64,000 bases of DNA from an uncultured Nitrospiraceae bacterium (GTDB taxonomy: Bacteria > Nitrospirota > Nitrospiria > Nitrospirales > Nitrospiraceae). Positions 30,366 through 40,357 of the stretch are shown one piece after another. The notes beneath the pieces are model-generated. The model did no database searches. It was not told the DNA's origin and saw only the letters and a list, made by a program, of their open reading frames with translations. The stretch spans positions 1,312,001 through 1,376,000 of the forward strand of contig CAWJWJ010000002.1 of NCBI GenBank assembly GCA_963846575.1, in the 5' to 3' direction. The stretch's first letter is position 1. Every line of letters begins with the position of its first letter. Position numbers and translations under genes: made by a program.

Positions 30366-31265
30366 ATGGGTGCGGGACATAACCACGGCCATGTTGGACA
30401 TGGTCAGCCTCGAAATGGGATGCTACTCGTCCTGCTCTTAACAAGTGCATTCATGGGCCTTGAAGCACTTGCAGGCTGGCTCACAGGCAGCTTAGCCCTC
30501 TGGGCCGATGCCGGACACATGTTGGCCGACGTGGCCGCCTTGAGCCTCAGCACGTTCGCAATGTGGATAGCCACGAAGGAATCCACGCCTGACAAAACCT
30601 ATGGATATCACCGTGCGGAGATCCTGGCCGCCGTCTGCAACGCCGTGGTGCTGCTTTTATTGGCCTGCTGGATTTTGTATGAGGCATCCACGCGCTTTTA
30701 TCATCCCGCAGGTGTGCTCGGCTTGCCGGTCATGCTGGTCGGAGCGGGGGGGCTAGCCATCAACTTACTGTGTTTGAGGCTCCTTGCTGGAGGCCGGGAA
30801 GCCAGCATCAATATCCGGAGCGCCTACTTAGAGGTTTTGAGTGATGCGATAACCTCCATTGGCGTGGTAATTGGGGGAGCTATCATCTGGCTGACCGGAT
30901 GGCAACCCATTGATCCTCTTCTCAGCATCCTTATCACGCTGTTCATCGTATGGCGAACATGGCTGCTTCTGTCTCAGGCGGTGAACATACTCATGGAAGG
31001 CGTCCCGCCGCATCTCAATGCCGAAGAGATCGCCAACGCCATGATCAAAGTGGGGGGCGTGAAAGAGGTGCATGATCTCCACATCTGGACCATCACCTCG
31101 GGTCGGGATGCATTGAGCGCTCATATTATTGTGTCGGCCGGCAAGAATCGAGATAGCGTCCTAGTGGATGTTCAACACATGCTTCAAGAGCAATTCCACA
31201 TTGACCATCTCACCTTACAGATGATGGAGCAGCGTCTTGAGTGGATTCAGCCAGATAAGAATTGA
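30366..31265 (+). CDS. czcD: CDF family Zn/Co/Cd transporter
   Basis: HNHGH N-terminus, [26 protein letters not shown]. Confidence 0.92.
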   Translation: MGAGHNHGHVGHGQPRNGMLLVLLLTSAFMGLEALAGWLTGSLALWADAGHMLADVAALSLSTFAMWIATKESTPDKTYGYHRAEILAAVCNAVVLLLLACWILYEASTRFYHPAGVLGLPVMLVGAGGLAINLLCLRLLAGGREASINIRSAYLEVLSDAITSIGVVIGGAIIWLTGWQPIDPLLSILITLFIVWRTWLLLSQAVNILMEGVPPHLNAEEIANAMIKVGGVKEVHDLHIWTITSGRDALSAHIIVSAGKNRDSVLVDVQHMLQEQFHIDHLTLQMMEQRLEWIQPDKN

Positions 31266-31279
31266 CAGTCAACCATGTG

Positions 31280-31624
31280 ATGCGAGCGCTCTCTGTGGCG
31301 TTACCACGATCAATAGGTTTGTTTGTGCTCGCTGGGCTTTGTGAGATTGGCGGCGGTTACCTGGTGTGGATATGGCTTCGTCAAGGGAAACCGATCGGTT
31401 ATGCACTCTGTGGCGCTCTTGTCCTAATACTGTATGCCATCATTCCTACGTTTCAGTCGGCTCATTTCGGCCGAGTCTACGCGGCCTATGGAGGAATGTT
31501 TATCGTATTATCACTGCTGTGGGGGTGGGGTTTCGACGGAACGCGGCCGGATCGGTTTGACGCGATCGGCTGCCTGATCTGCCTCATCGGCATGATGGTC
31601 ATCATGTATTGGCCGAGAGGATAA
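31280..31624 (+). CDS. ynfA: YnfA/UPF0060 SMR-like membrane protein
   Basis: [30 protein letters not shown]. Confidence 0.9.
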   Translation: MRALSVALPRSIGLFVLAGLCEIGGGYLVWIWLRQGKPIGYALCGALVLILYAIIPTFQSAHFGRVYAAYGGMFIVLSLLWGWGFDGTRPDRFDAIGCLICLIGMMVIMYWPRG

Positions 31625-32107
31625 CAACGTGTGATTCGTCAGAAATCCTGCCTGATCGCAGAGGGGCGTTTTTACGTCACTAACTGCCCATTTTTGCTCT
31701 GACTCGTCCGGCTATTGTTTCTTTGATTATTAGTTAGTGTTTATTCGACCGCATTCTCACTGCCGTGTCGCTCGCACTTCATTTGCACGGTACCGTTCTT
31801 TAATTCCATTTTAAAACGCTCGCAGTAGGGTCATTTGGATCTAGCTGGGCAGTTTTTCGGCCCTATCGTGAATTTTCCATGAAAAATGGGAGTCCGGAAG
31901 CTTCGCACATGCTTTAGACGTAATTTTACGTAATGCGGCGCTGCTGATCGACAACTGCCTAGAACTTGCCTTGCGGTCCTCAATTAATCGCGACTGGAGC
32001 GGATCTTGTGTGTGTCAAGTTTATCGATCAGATATCACAAGGAGGTGAGCCATGATGAATAGCTCGTAAGTGAGTGGAAACTTGTACGTCCCACCGCTCC
32101 TTATTTC

Positions 32108-32147
32108 TGTCCCCCAGTGTCCCCTCCTGTCCCCTCGTGTCCCCTCA
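32108..32147 (+). repeat. Four tandem 10-bp repeats (TGTCCCCYnn)
   Basis: TGTCCCCCAG TGTCCCCTCC TGTCCCCTCG TGTCCCCTCA upstream of the HTH/rep operon. Confidence 0.85.
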
Positions 32148-32227
32148 CAGGGATCTTTCACCAACACGGCCCGCATGCGTATGGTCAGCGCCGTGCAACG
32201 CGACGTCATCGTGAGAGAGGAGATGCC

Positions 32228-32540
32228 ATGAGAAGGTTCTGGATCAACCGCCGATCAATTGGCCGCCAAACTGGGCGTGAGTGTGAAGTCCATCCGCCGG
32301 GCCTACCGCAAAGGCGAGATTCCCGTCGATCGATTCTGCCGGTTTGTCCGCTTCGATCTGGAACGGGTGAAGGAAGCACTGCAGGCGAATGGGCATTGGC
32401 CGTCCTTTGTCGATGCCAAGAGGAAGAAGGGACAGCGCAGCGCGACCGGCGGCGCCAGCCGGCGGCGCGCGCAGCGGACCAGCCCCCGACTTGGTAAGAC
32501 GGGGGCGTCTATCGCTACCAAGCCAAGGAGGAAGAAATGA
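32228..32540 (+). CDS. Excisionase-like HTH DNA-binding protein (probable +1 frameshift near 32245)
   Basis: GAGGAG RBS, MRRFWI then TADQLAAKLGVSVKSIRRAYRKGEIP...VRFD in the +1 frame. Confidence 0.7.
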
Positions 32541-33530
32541 CAGGTTCAGGAGGGTTCACTCAGACCATCGATTGGCTGGCCTTCACGCTTCCAAAGGCGG
32601 AGGTCGCCGACGTGATTACGATGATTGGTGGCGACTGGTTCCAGAGTGAGACCGGCTTTCGCGGGTATCCCGTGGCCCAACTCATGACGGAAGGTAAGAA
32701 CGGGGTCGGCAAACTGGGGACGGGTGCCCCTCGCAATCCAAAGGAAGTGCATGTGGATCTCTCCGCCGGGATTGTCTCCCAGTGGGACGAGACCAAGCTG
32801 AAAGCGGTCCTCGCCTGGATCTTCGCGCAGAAAGGCCATGTGACTCGGATCGATGTGGCGCTGGACGACCGGGAGGCCTCTGTCGCCGTGGAGACCGTCC
32901 GCCTGGCCGTGGAGGCCGGACAGGTGGTGAGCCGTTCGAAACAATTCAAAGTCATCCAAGCCTCGAATCATCGCGAGGGCGTCCGTACGGGCGAGACGCT
33001 CTACTTTGGCAGTCGCGAAAGTCAAACCATGCTGCGGGTCTACGACAAGCGGCTGGAACTCCAGAGCCAAAGGCCGAGAAGACGCCGGATTGTATGGCGT
33101 CCGATGGGAACTGGAATTCAAACAGGATCGCGCTCAAGCCTGCGCGAAGGCCCTCCTCACGCTCGATCCCGAAGATTGGCGGGCCTTCTTGGTGGGCGTG
33201 CTGCGTTCCTATGTGGATTTCCGAGAGACCACACGAGAGGCGGAATCCTATGAGAAGTATCGAGCGCCGTTGGTGAGTTGGTGGAAAGCCCTCACGGAGG
33301 GCTTCATGCGATGCCGACTGGTCGTCGAACGCATTCAGCAGCGACTGGATGATGTGGCCGCCTGGCTCGCGCAATCCGTCGCCTCGATGCTCGCTGTGGT
33401 CGTGGCGTGCCGAGGCGATCAGTTCCTGAAGGAGCTCATCTATGCCGGCACGCAGAAATGGAAGCAGAAGCACTATGCCCTGCTGAAGGAACGGAGGAGA
33501 GGGACGCCCTATGTCCTTAGAGTTTCATAA
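32537..33530 (+). CDS. Rolling-circle replication initiator, Rep_trans family (frameshift near 33065)
   Basis: IDWLAFT, VTRIDVALD, TLYFGSRES, LRVYDKRLE, then RWELEFK in the next frame. Confidence 0.88.
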
Positions 33531-33697
33531 CGGAGCGTGGCAACGGATGTGTCCGGGCTGTGGCACGCGAGGCTGTCGGTGCAAGTGGAGAACAGGGCGC
33601 CCTGTATCTGAGCTGTCGGGCATGCGATTCGGAATTCTGTTATGCGACCAATAGCCCGGTCCGAAGGCCGGGGCGTGTGGGTCAGGCGCTTGGCTGA
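33511..33697 (+). CDS. Small putative Zn-ribbon protein (needs +1 frameshift near 33568)
   Basis: GGAGG RBS; MCPGCG in the first frame and SCRACD in the next. Confidence 0.4.
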
Positions 33698-33732
33698 CCC
33701 GGATTGTGTTCATCACTGGAGGAGGGACGACG

Positions 33733-33996
33733 ATGCAAGTCAAAGCGGAGGGAGCGGTACAGGGGTATGTGGAACGGAGGAGCCGGGAAGGCAAGGTCTA
33801 CCGATCGGTGGATTTTTATGTGAAGGGCAAAGATCCGGGGGTGCTGCGTTTGGGGATTCCGGACGATCAGATGCCGTTGATCGAGGTCTGCAAGCAAGCC
33901 GAGGGCAAGCAAGCGCAAGTCTCGATCGAAGTGCGGAAGTTCGAACAGACCGGACGGGTCTTCTTCGACCTGTACGGATTGGAAGTCTTGAAGTAA
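33733..33996 (+). CDS. Putative ssDNA-binding protein (inovirus pV-like)
   Basis: 87 aa, beta-rich, RSREGKVY motif, follows rep; GGAGG RBS. Confidence 0.65.
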   Translation: MQVKAEGAVQGYVERRSREGKVYRSVDFYVKGKDPGVLRLGIPDDQMPLIEVCKQAEGKQAQVSIEVRKFEQTGRVFFDLYGLEVLK

Positions 33997-34016
33997 CGGC
34001 AGAGGGAGGAAGGCCG

Positions 34017-34091
34017 GTGGATCTCACCATTATTCTCGTGGCGGTCTTGTTACTGGCCTTCCTCCTGGGCCTCGGAGTCGGACGGATATGA
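34017..34091 (+). CDS. 24-aa hydrophobic peptide (pVII/pIX-like)
   Basis: GGAGG RBS; MDLTIILVAVLLLAFLLGLGVGRI; stop overlaps the next ATG. Confidence 0.6.
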   Translation: MDLTIILVAVLLLAFLLGLGVGRI

Positions 34092-35357
34092 AGCTGATCT
34101 CGTTGACAGGGTATCTCGGGCTCATCTGGAGCCTTGCTCGTGTCCCTGTGCGTCTGCGCCGGGTGAATCCGTGGCGCAGACCCGACCCAGTATGCGCGGG
34201 TGGTCGCTCAAGCCGAACGCATTGCCTATCTGGCCGCGCAACGGTCCGCCTTGGCGGGTCAGGTGGCCTCGGCTGCAGTGGCTCCCTCGGCCGCCTCGTT
34301 GGCCGTCCGCATGGTCGCCGGTCCGGTGGGTTGGGCCGCACTCGGTGTGGGCGCGGGATTGGTCCTGGCTCAGATGTACTATTCACAATCCGACCTGTCG
34401 GCCATCAAATCGGCGGCCTCGACGCCGGGTGGCTGGCAAGTCACCAGCAGCAATGCCGGCATCCAGACCTTTCCGGGCCTGGGGACCAATACGCCCGGCA
34501 ATCCCAGTTATCCCAACGCGAGCATTCAATTCAGCACGACCAATGTCCCGCTCTGTGCGGTCGATTCAGAGTATCAGCATGATTGGATGGTCGGACCCTT
34601 TCAGAGCGTCAGCACGGCCGTGTACTTCTCCGGCAATTTCTTCGTCAACGGCCCGCCGGTGGGAGGACACAGCCTGTATGTCTGCCACCGAAAAGGCATC
34701 CCGGGTGAGCCCGCTCCGTTGCAAGACGCCTCCACTCCGCCGACGCAGCAGCAGGCGGCCAACTATGTGGCGGCACTGCCGGCGAGTGATCCGAAGTCCA
34801 TCGAAGCCCATACGAATCCGGTCGGGACCACCGGCACGACCCAACCGGCGGACAATACGGTCTCGCAGCCCGTCTCGCCGAGTGAGATGCCGACCACGGT
34901 CAAACCGAAGCCGGTGCCTGCCGGAGACATCATCGTGGTGGACAACGTCCCGCCACCGGCCAGTACGCCGCAGCAAAACACCCAGCAGCAGACGACGACC
35001 ACGACGACCACGACGACCCAGAATCCAGACGGCTCGACGACGCAACAGGAAGAGACGCAGGCCACCACGTCCTGTACGGCCGGCACGCATGAGAACCGGA
35101 CCTTCGGAACGGTGCTGCAAGCGCATCAGACGATCTGGGCCACGAGCGGACTGCTCAGTACGCTGAATCTGCTGAAGTCCCTGACCTGGCCCTCGACCTT
35201 GCCGGTGATTGCGCTGCCCTCGGCCTTCTTCGGCAGCCAGCAGGTGGACTTCAATCAATGGGCCTGGTTCTTCACCGTGCTCCGGACATTGGTCATTGCG
35301 GCGGCTTCCATTGCGGCGTACCGCATCATCTTTGTGGGAGGTCAGACGAGCACATGA
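34088..35357 (+). CDS. Inovirus pIII/TspB-like adsorption protein (indels in the 5' end)
   Basis: Signal peptide split over frames at 34130-34185; Pro/Thr/Gln-rich linker; C-terminal TM anchor. Confidence 0.7.
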
Positions 35358-35629
35358 CCGCCATTCTGACCCTGATCTATTGCTGGCTGCAGGAGTTCTT
35401 CTTCTCGCTCACGGATTGGGGACTCGGCATCTGGGATTCCCTGCTCTCCGTGGCGGACAGCACGCTCGCGACCCTCGGCACGGCAGGCCTCACCCTGCCG
35501 GTCATTCCCGATCAGTACGCGTGGGTGCTGGGCGCGACGGGCATGAGTCAGGCGCTGGCCATCGTGGCGAGCGCCATGGGGACACGATTCATTCTCCAAA
35601 CCATTCCATTCGTGCGGTGGGGCTCATGA
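35354..35629 (+). CDS. Inovirus pVI-like minor coat protein (DUF2523-like)
   Basis: 91 aa hydrophobic, ends ALAIVASAMGTRFILQTIPFVR; between pIII-like and Zot genes. Confidence 0.75.
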   Translation: MTAILTLIYCWLQEFFFSLTDWGLGIWDSLLSVADSTLATLGTAGLTLPVIPDQYAWVLGATGMSQALAIVASAMGTRFILQTIPFVRWGS

Positions 35630-35712
35630 ACCAGCTCGTCATGGGCTGGGCCTATGCCTGGACCGTCGTCTTAGCGCTGTGGATCTGGGTCTATGTCAGG
35701 AGTCTCCGATGA
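35626..35712 (+). CDS. 28-aa single-TM peptide
   Basis: MNQLVMGWAYAWTVVLALWIWVYVRSLR; ATGA overlaps at both ends. Confidence 0.6.
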   Translation: MNQLVMGWAYAWTVVLALWIWVYVRSLR

Positions 35713-36715
35713 TCGAACTGTATGAAGGCGTGCCGGGCTCGGGCAAGTCCTATCACGCGATCTGTGAGAAGTTCCTGCCCTGGGTGCGGCAAGGCCGGCG
35801 ACTCTATATCGCGGTCGATGGGATCTATCTGGATCGGCTGGCGCTGTTCACCGGCATCGAACTCGACACGCTCGAACAACAGATCACGATCTGGAAAGAC
35901 TCCGTCGAAGTCCTGCAGGCTTTTCCGCACGTCGAACCGGGTTCAGCCGTCATCATCGACGAAGCCCAGACCGTCTTTCGGTCCATGCAGAAGGTCGAAC
36001 CGGGACTCCTGCGCTGGCTCGAAACCCATCGGCATTACGGCGTGGATATTCTGCTCATGAGTCAGGATTTTCGCCAGATGTCGCAAGGTGTCACCCGGCT
36101 GATCGAAGCCACGGTGAAGTTTCGCAAGCTGGCCTTTGTCGGGCTCGCGAAGAAGTACCAGGGCAAGGTGCGGGGGAATCCCGAAGACCACGAGACCATC
36201 CGGGCCTTCGTCGGGACCTACTCGCCGGCGATCTACGCCTACTATTCGAGTTATGCGTCGGCGGCGATCCGAGAAGAGAAGCGCAGCCATACGGTCTTCA
36301 AGTCGGCGCGGGTCGCGATCGGCATTGCCGCTGGGCTGTTTGCCATTGGCCTCATGGTCTGGCGGCCCTGGTCGTCATTAAGCAGCACCAAGGGAATGCC
36401 GGCAACGAGCGTGAGTAGCGCTGCGACTTTGTCTTCGCTCCATCTGCATCGGCGCCGGGCAGTCTCGTGAATCCCTTGGGCGCTTCCGCTCCCTCAGTGG
36501 CCACACCGTCACCTCCCAAACGACCAGTGCGCATTCTGGGCGGCGCCGGCATGTCGTCGAATCGGCAAGGCTGGCGCTATCTCTTGGACAGCGGCGAGAT
36601 CCTCACGGCGGCTCAGATCACCGGCCGGTATGGCGTCGTCGTGTCGGAAGTCTATGAGGAGGGATCGATGCGGCTCATCGGCGAAGGAGTGTTCTATGGA
36701 CCAGCCGGCGATTGA
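35709..36715 (+). CDS. Zot/pI-like morphogenesis ATPase (probable frameshift near 36430)
   Basis: GVPGSGKS Walker A, VIIDEAQ Walker B, HRHYGVDI, one TM; C-terminal part probably continues in the 36467..36715 frame. Confidence 0.88.
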
Positions 36716-36908
36716 GATGATGACCTACTTCACGGCGATCTTCTGGCTCGGCGGGTTTGCCGTCGGTCTGATTATCAAACTGATTCTGCCTCAGAGCTCA
36801 CTGAGGCACTCGTCCGCCGGCGAGGATTCCGGCGGCGTGGGTGGACGTGACCACCAACAGCACAAGGAGGTGCGGTATGAAGGGATGGGGTTGGGTGAAG
36901 GGGCTTAG
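36696..36908 (+). CDS. Small TM protein (minor-coat-like); true 3' end uncertain
   Basis: AAGGAG RBS; MDQPAIEMMTYFTAIFWLGGFAVGLIIKLILP. Confidence 0.5.
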   Translation: MDQPAIEMMTYFTAIFWLGGFAVGLIIKLILPQSSLRHSSAGEDSGGVGGRDHQQHKEVRYEGMGLGEGA

Positions 36909-37089
36909 GGGCTTGCTCATGGCGTTCGTGTTCGCCCTGGGCGTCCCGGCGCTGTCGCAGGCGCAGTTGTTTCCGGTGTCGGCGGATGTGGCCACGGTGC
37001 GGGCCGATCTGCTCTTGTGGGCCACGGCCCTGATTGGCGTGGCGTTGGCGATCTACGCCTTTAAGCGCGTGCGCGCGATTGTGGGCTAG
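36877..37089 (+). CDS. Major coat protein (pVIII-like) with signal peptide
   Basis: AAGGAGG RBS; SQA cleavage gives a 41-aa mature peptide: amphipathic N-part, TM, basic FKRVR end; terminator follows. Confidence 0.8.
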   Translation: MKGWGWVKGLRGLLMAFVFALGVPALSQAQLFPVSADVATVRADLLLWATALIGVALAIYAFKRVRAIVG

Positions 37090-37102
37090 GTAAGAGCCCA
37101 TC

Positions 37103-37134
37103 GAGGCAGGCTGGCAGCAGCCTGCCTCCTTTTT
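37103..37134 (+). terminator. Intrinsic terminator after the major coat gene
   Basis: GAGGCAGGCTG-gcag-CAGCCTGCCTC followed by CTTTTT. Confidence 0.85.
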
Positions 37135-37178
37135 CAGCACAGGACAGATCAGGATGGGACCGACAAAGGAGTGCACGG

Positions 37179-37307
37179 ATGACGGCGCAACAGATTCAAA
37201 ATATCGGCAACGCGTTGGCCACCGACCTGGTCGCCTGGGGCACGGCGGCGATCGGCCTCGCATTGGTAGCCGCCGGAGCGGCCTGGGTGTTGCGGCTGCT
37301 GCGCTAG
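37179..37307 (+). CDS. 42-aa leaderless paralog of the major coat protein
   Basis: AAGGAG RBS; DLVAWGTAAIGLAL aligns with DLLLWATALIGVAL. Confidence 0.7.
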   Translation: MTAQQIQNIGNALATDLVAWGTAAIGLALVAAGAAWVLRLLR

Positions 37308-37807
37308 GCGCCGGGCCAGCCCTGGTCGGCGAAGCTGTAGTAGCGGTCGTCAGCGAGGATGAGATGGTCCAGCAGCGGAATGCCGAACAGATCAGCCGCT
37401 TCGCGCAGCCGTTTGGTCAGGACGCCATCTTCCGGGCTAGGGGTGGTATCGCCGGAGGGATGATTGTGCGCGCAAATCCAGGCGCCGGCATTCATGAGGA
37501 TCAGGGGTTTGAAGACTTCACGGGGATGGACAATGGCCAAGGTGAGCGACCCGGTCGAGACGACATTGATGCCGATGACCCCATGCTTCGCATCGAGGCC
37601 GCAGACCAGGAACTGTTCCCGGTCCAGACCGGCAAACAAGGGCCGGAGGATCGCAGCGGCGCCTTCCGACGTATGCACCGACTCCGCAGCCGGAATGGCA
37701 CGGCCCTCGCGCACGAGCGTGACACGGTACCGAGGGACTCCGTATTTCCGAATCGGGCTCAGTGGCCGTACACCGTTCGAGGAACCGAGAGAGCTATCAA
37801 CGGACAT
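37304..37807 (-). CDS. JAB/RadC-like domain protein
   Basis: DREQF, VHPREVFK, HNHPSGDTTPSPED, LLDHLIL. Confidence 0.9.
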   Translation of the reverse strand: MSVDSSLGSSNGVRPLSPIRKYGVPRYRVTLVREGRAIPAAESVHTSEGAAAILRPLFAGLDREQFLVCGLDAKHGVIGINVVSTGSLTLAIVHPREVFKPLILMNAGAWICAHNHPSGDTTPSPEDGVLTKRLREAADLFGIPLLDHLILADDRYYSFADQGWPGA

Positions 37808-38068
37808 GTGCGCCTCCTTCTTCATTTCTATGTAGCCCCACCCTTCACAAACCGAGGGTGGGGCGTAGAAGAAGAGGCGGCACGGGGCTCTCGCAGCGGG
37901 CAGGCCTGGAGGGGCGGAGACCGGCACGGAGGGGACCGGGAAGGCCTAGCCTGCTGCTCCCTGGCACCGGGCCGCACCCGCATGGAGGTGGATGCATCGA
38001 GGAAATTCGGCGGCAACAAGGGGCTACTTGTCTGTTCATATTTGTGCTGAAAAGGGTGTGAGAAAACC

Positions 38069-38287
38069 ATGAGCAAGCTTTTGACAATGGATGAGGCATC
38101 GGAGTATCTAGGCATATCAAAATTGACTCTCTATGGCTGGGTGTCTGCCCGGAAGCTTGGTTTCGTGAAAGTCGGACGCCTCGTTAGATTCAAACAGGAA
38201 CACCTCGACAAGTGGATCGATCAACACACGGTCAAGGCGCGAGTAGAGACGCAGAAGTTTTTTGACTGTGGGTCACAGCAAAGATAG
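38069..38287 (+). CDS. xis: Excisionase (HTH_17)
   Basis: LLTMDEASEYLGISKLTLY...KVGRLVRF; upstream of int. Confidence 0.85.
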   Translation: MSKLLTMDEASEYLGISKLTLYGWVSARKLGFVKVGRLVRFKQEHLDKWIDQHTVKARVETQKFFDCGSQQR

Positions 38288-38332
38288 GGGTGGCCTAGCT
38301 CAGGGCAGATTAATACGAGCAGGAGTAGAAAA

Positions 38333-39442
38333 GTGGGACTGACCAAGCGACGTAACAGCTACTATGTAGAGTTTCGGGTGCTTACTTCAGAGGATGGGAA
38401 GTCGTACAGGCTTGCCTCTGAGGTACACGGCGCGAGGCTTAAACGATGGAAGGTGGGTTGCCTTAACAAGCAGGTAGCGCGAGAGATGGAAGCTGCCATC
38501 AGGATGAATCTCCTCTTGGGCAAGGTTCTGACAGCAGAAGCTCGGCCTGTTCTGTTTTCTGAGTGGGCTACTACTTATCTGAACCTGGAGGAAGTGAAGG
38601 CTCTGCGGTCGTATCGAGATCGATCAGACAGAGTAAGCAAGCAGTTAGTTCCGTATTTCGGTGGCGTGATCCTGGGTGAGATCAGACCACAGGATGTGGA
38701 GTCCTTCAGAAGCCAGAGAGTCAGGAAGGATGGAAGGGCAGCCAGTCTACAGACCATCAACCACGACCATGTGGCGTTGAAGCATTGCCTAAACGTGGCC
38801 ATTCGGCGGGGGCTCTTGAATAGCAATCCCGCGAGCAAGGTTCCAATACCCAATCCGCAGAACGAACGCGACAGGGTGCTAGGGGTCGAGGAGTGGGATA
38901 GGCTATATCAAACGGCGAAGCCACATCTTCAGCCAGTCATGCTCTTGGCATATCAGCTTGGGCAACGGTTCAGGGAGATCATCGAATTGACTTGGGACCG
39001 GATTGACTTAAGGCGAGGATTCATCCTTCTGAGGTCTATTGACACAAAAACCAAGCAGCGTAGGGAAGTCCCTATGACTCCAGCGGTCAGGACTATGCTT
39101 CAAAAGCTGGCGAAGGTGCGGAGACTTGAAACGAATCGGGTCTTTCTGTACAAGGGCAAGCCGCTGGGTCGGGTGTCTAGAGCGTTCAAGAGCGCTCTCA
39201 AGGAAGCAGGTCTATCAGACTTCAAGTTCCATGACCTTCGACACTGCGCCTCCACCAACCTTAGAAGGGCAGGGGTGGACACAGCAACCGCCATGCGGAT
39301 AGTTGGTCATAAATCTGAGAAGATGTGGAAACGGTATAACGCTATTGAGGAACGGGACTTGACGCAAGCAGCGGAAAAGCTCGATAAGTTCCTGGCAACT
39401 AACACCCTAATAACACCTGGGCAAAGCTCTCTTGGGTCATAG
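38333..39442 (+). CDS. int: Tyrosine recombinase/integrase
   Basis: GQRFREI (R), TKT (K), FHDLRH, VGHK, KRY catalytic set. Confidence 0.95.
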   Translation: MGLTKRRNSYYVEFRVLTSEDGKSYRLASEVHGARLKRWKVGCLNKQVAREMEAAIRMNLLLGKVLTAEARPVLFSEWATTYLNLEEVKALRSYRDRSDRVSKQLVPYFGGVILGEIRPQDVESFRSQRVRKDGRAASLQTINHDHVALKHCLNVAIRRGLLNSNPASKVPIPNPQNERDRVLGVEEWDRLYQTAKPHLQPVMLLAYQLGQRFREIIELTWDRIDLRRGFILLRSIDTKTKQRREVPMTPAVRTMLQKLAKVRRLETNRVFLYKGKPLGRVSRAFKSALKEAGLSDFKFHDLRHCASTNLRRAGVDTATAMRIVGHKSEKMWKRYNAIEERDLTQAAEKLDKFLATNTLITPGQSSLGS

Positions 39443-39469
39443 AGTATTAACTAATTGATAAATCAGGTT

Positions 39470-39546
<77 letters not shown>

Positions 39547-40083
39547 TACACTCATGAAGTCATAGTTCACCAACGATATCTAAATAGCTTGTCAAAGTAC
39601 TGTAACAACCAGATCTCAGGAATAGACGCCGCGTTTCCGCCTCCCTCACCCACCCACCGCCTGTCCCCCTGATGTGATCACGCATTTATGACAAGTGCTC
39701 TGCAGATATCTACGTGACTTGTGGACTGTGATCGATCAGCTTACCATGAGTATGTAAGAAGGTTCGTCTTTCAGGCACCCTCATTGCCTGAACGCGTGCG
39801 CAGCAAGATACGGGAAATCATGGAGCCGCCACTGGAGGATTGAATTGGAGCCACAAGCGATCGAGTTATCTCCACTCACGTTGAACGAGTTGCAAGACAT
39901 GTTAGCGAGACATGCCGATAATGCGCCGATCAAGATGGTCATCGAAGATGCAATGAAACGTCGGCTCTCGGATAGGCCGAACGTCCCCTCCTGATTGCTC
40001 ACTCTGTCAATACACCATCCACTTCCAGACGCGGGCGATGTGCTCCCAATAGGGCTTCCTGCTGACCTGGGAAAGGAACATTC

Positions 40084-40263
40084 ATGCAGCTGTGGTTTTA
40101 TCAAAATCAGTACCGGAACATGGATCGCATTGTTCGCATACTTCAAGCGGATGATGTGCACACCATTGTTTGGATGAACGAACTGAATAAAGTTGAGAAG
40201 CTCGATCTCCGTCCTGAAGAATGGGCGGAGTTCCATCGTGACTTTATTGGAAGCGAACCCTGA
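40084..40263 (+). CDS. 59-aa hypothetical protein
   Basis: AAGGA RBS; MQLWFYQNQYRNMDRIVRIL...; below the ORF-track cutoff. Confidence 0.45.
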   Translation: MQLWFYQNQYRNMDRIVRILQADDVHTIVWMNELNKVEKLDLRPEEWAEFHRDFIGSEP

Positions 40264-40357
40264 CCTGGTGTTAAGAACGCGATAGTGTTTGGCAGAAATC
40301 TCTCCCGACGGCACAGCTTCTGCCCTGCGCACCTGTAACCAGCATGGAGCAGCATCA

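Noticed and set aside
31650..32050. AT-richer spacer with ACGTAA-TT-TTACGT palindrome (~31918)
   Set aside because: No credible ORF, and a single short palindrome is too weak to call
34992..35018. (ACGACGACC)x3 repeat as a contingency or CRISPR-like locus
   Set aside because: In-frame poly-Thr linker typical of pIII/TspB-like proteins; no spacers or cas genes
35709..36715. Zot as an enterotoxin
   Set aside because: Context is phage morphogenesis; nothing supports a toxin role
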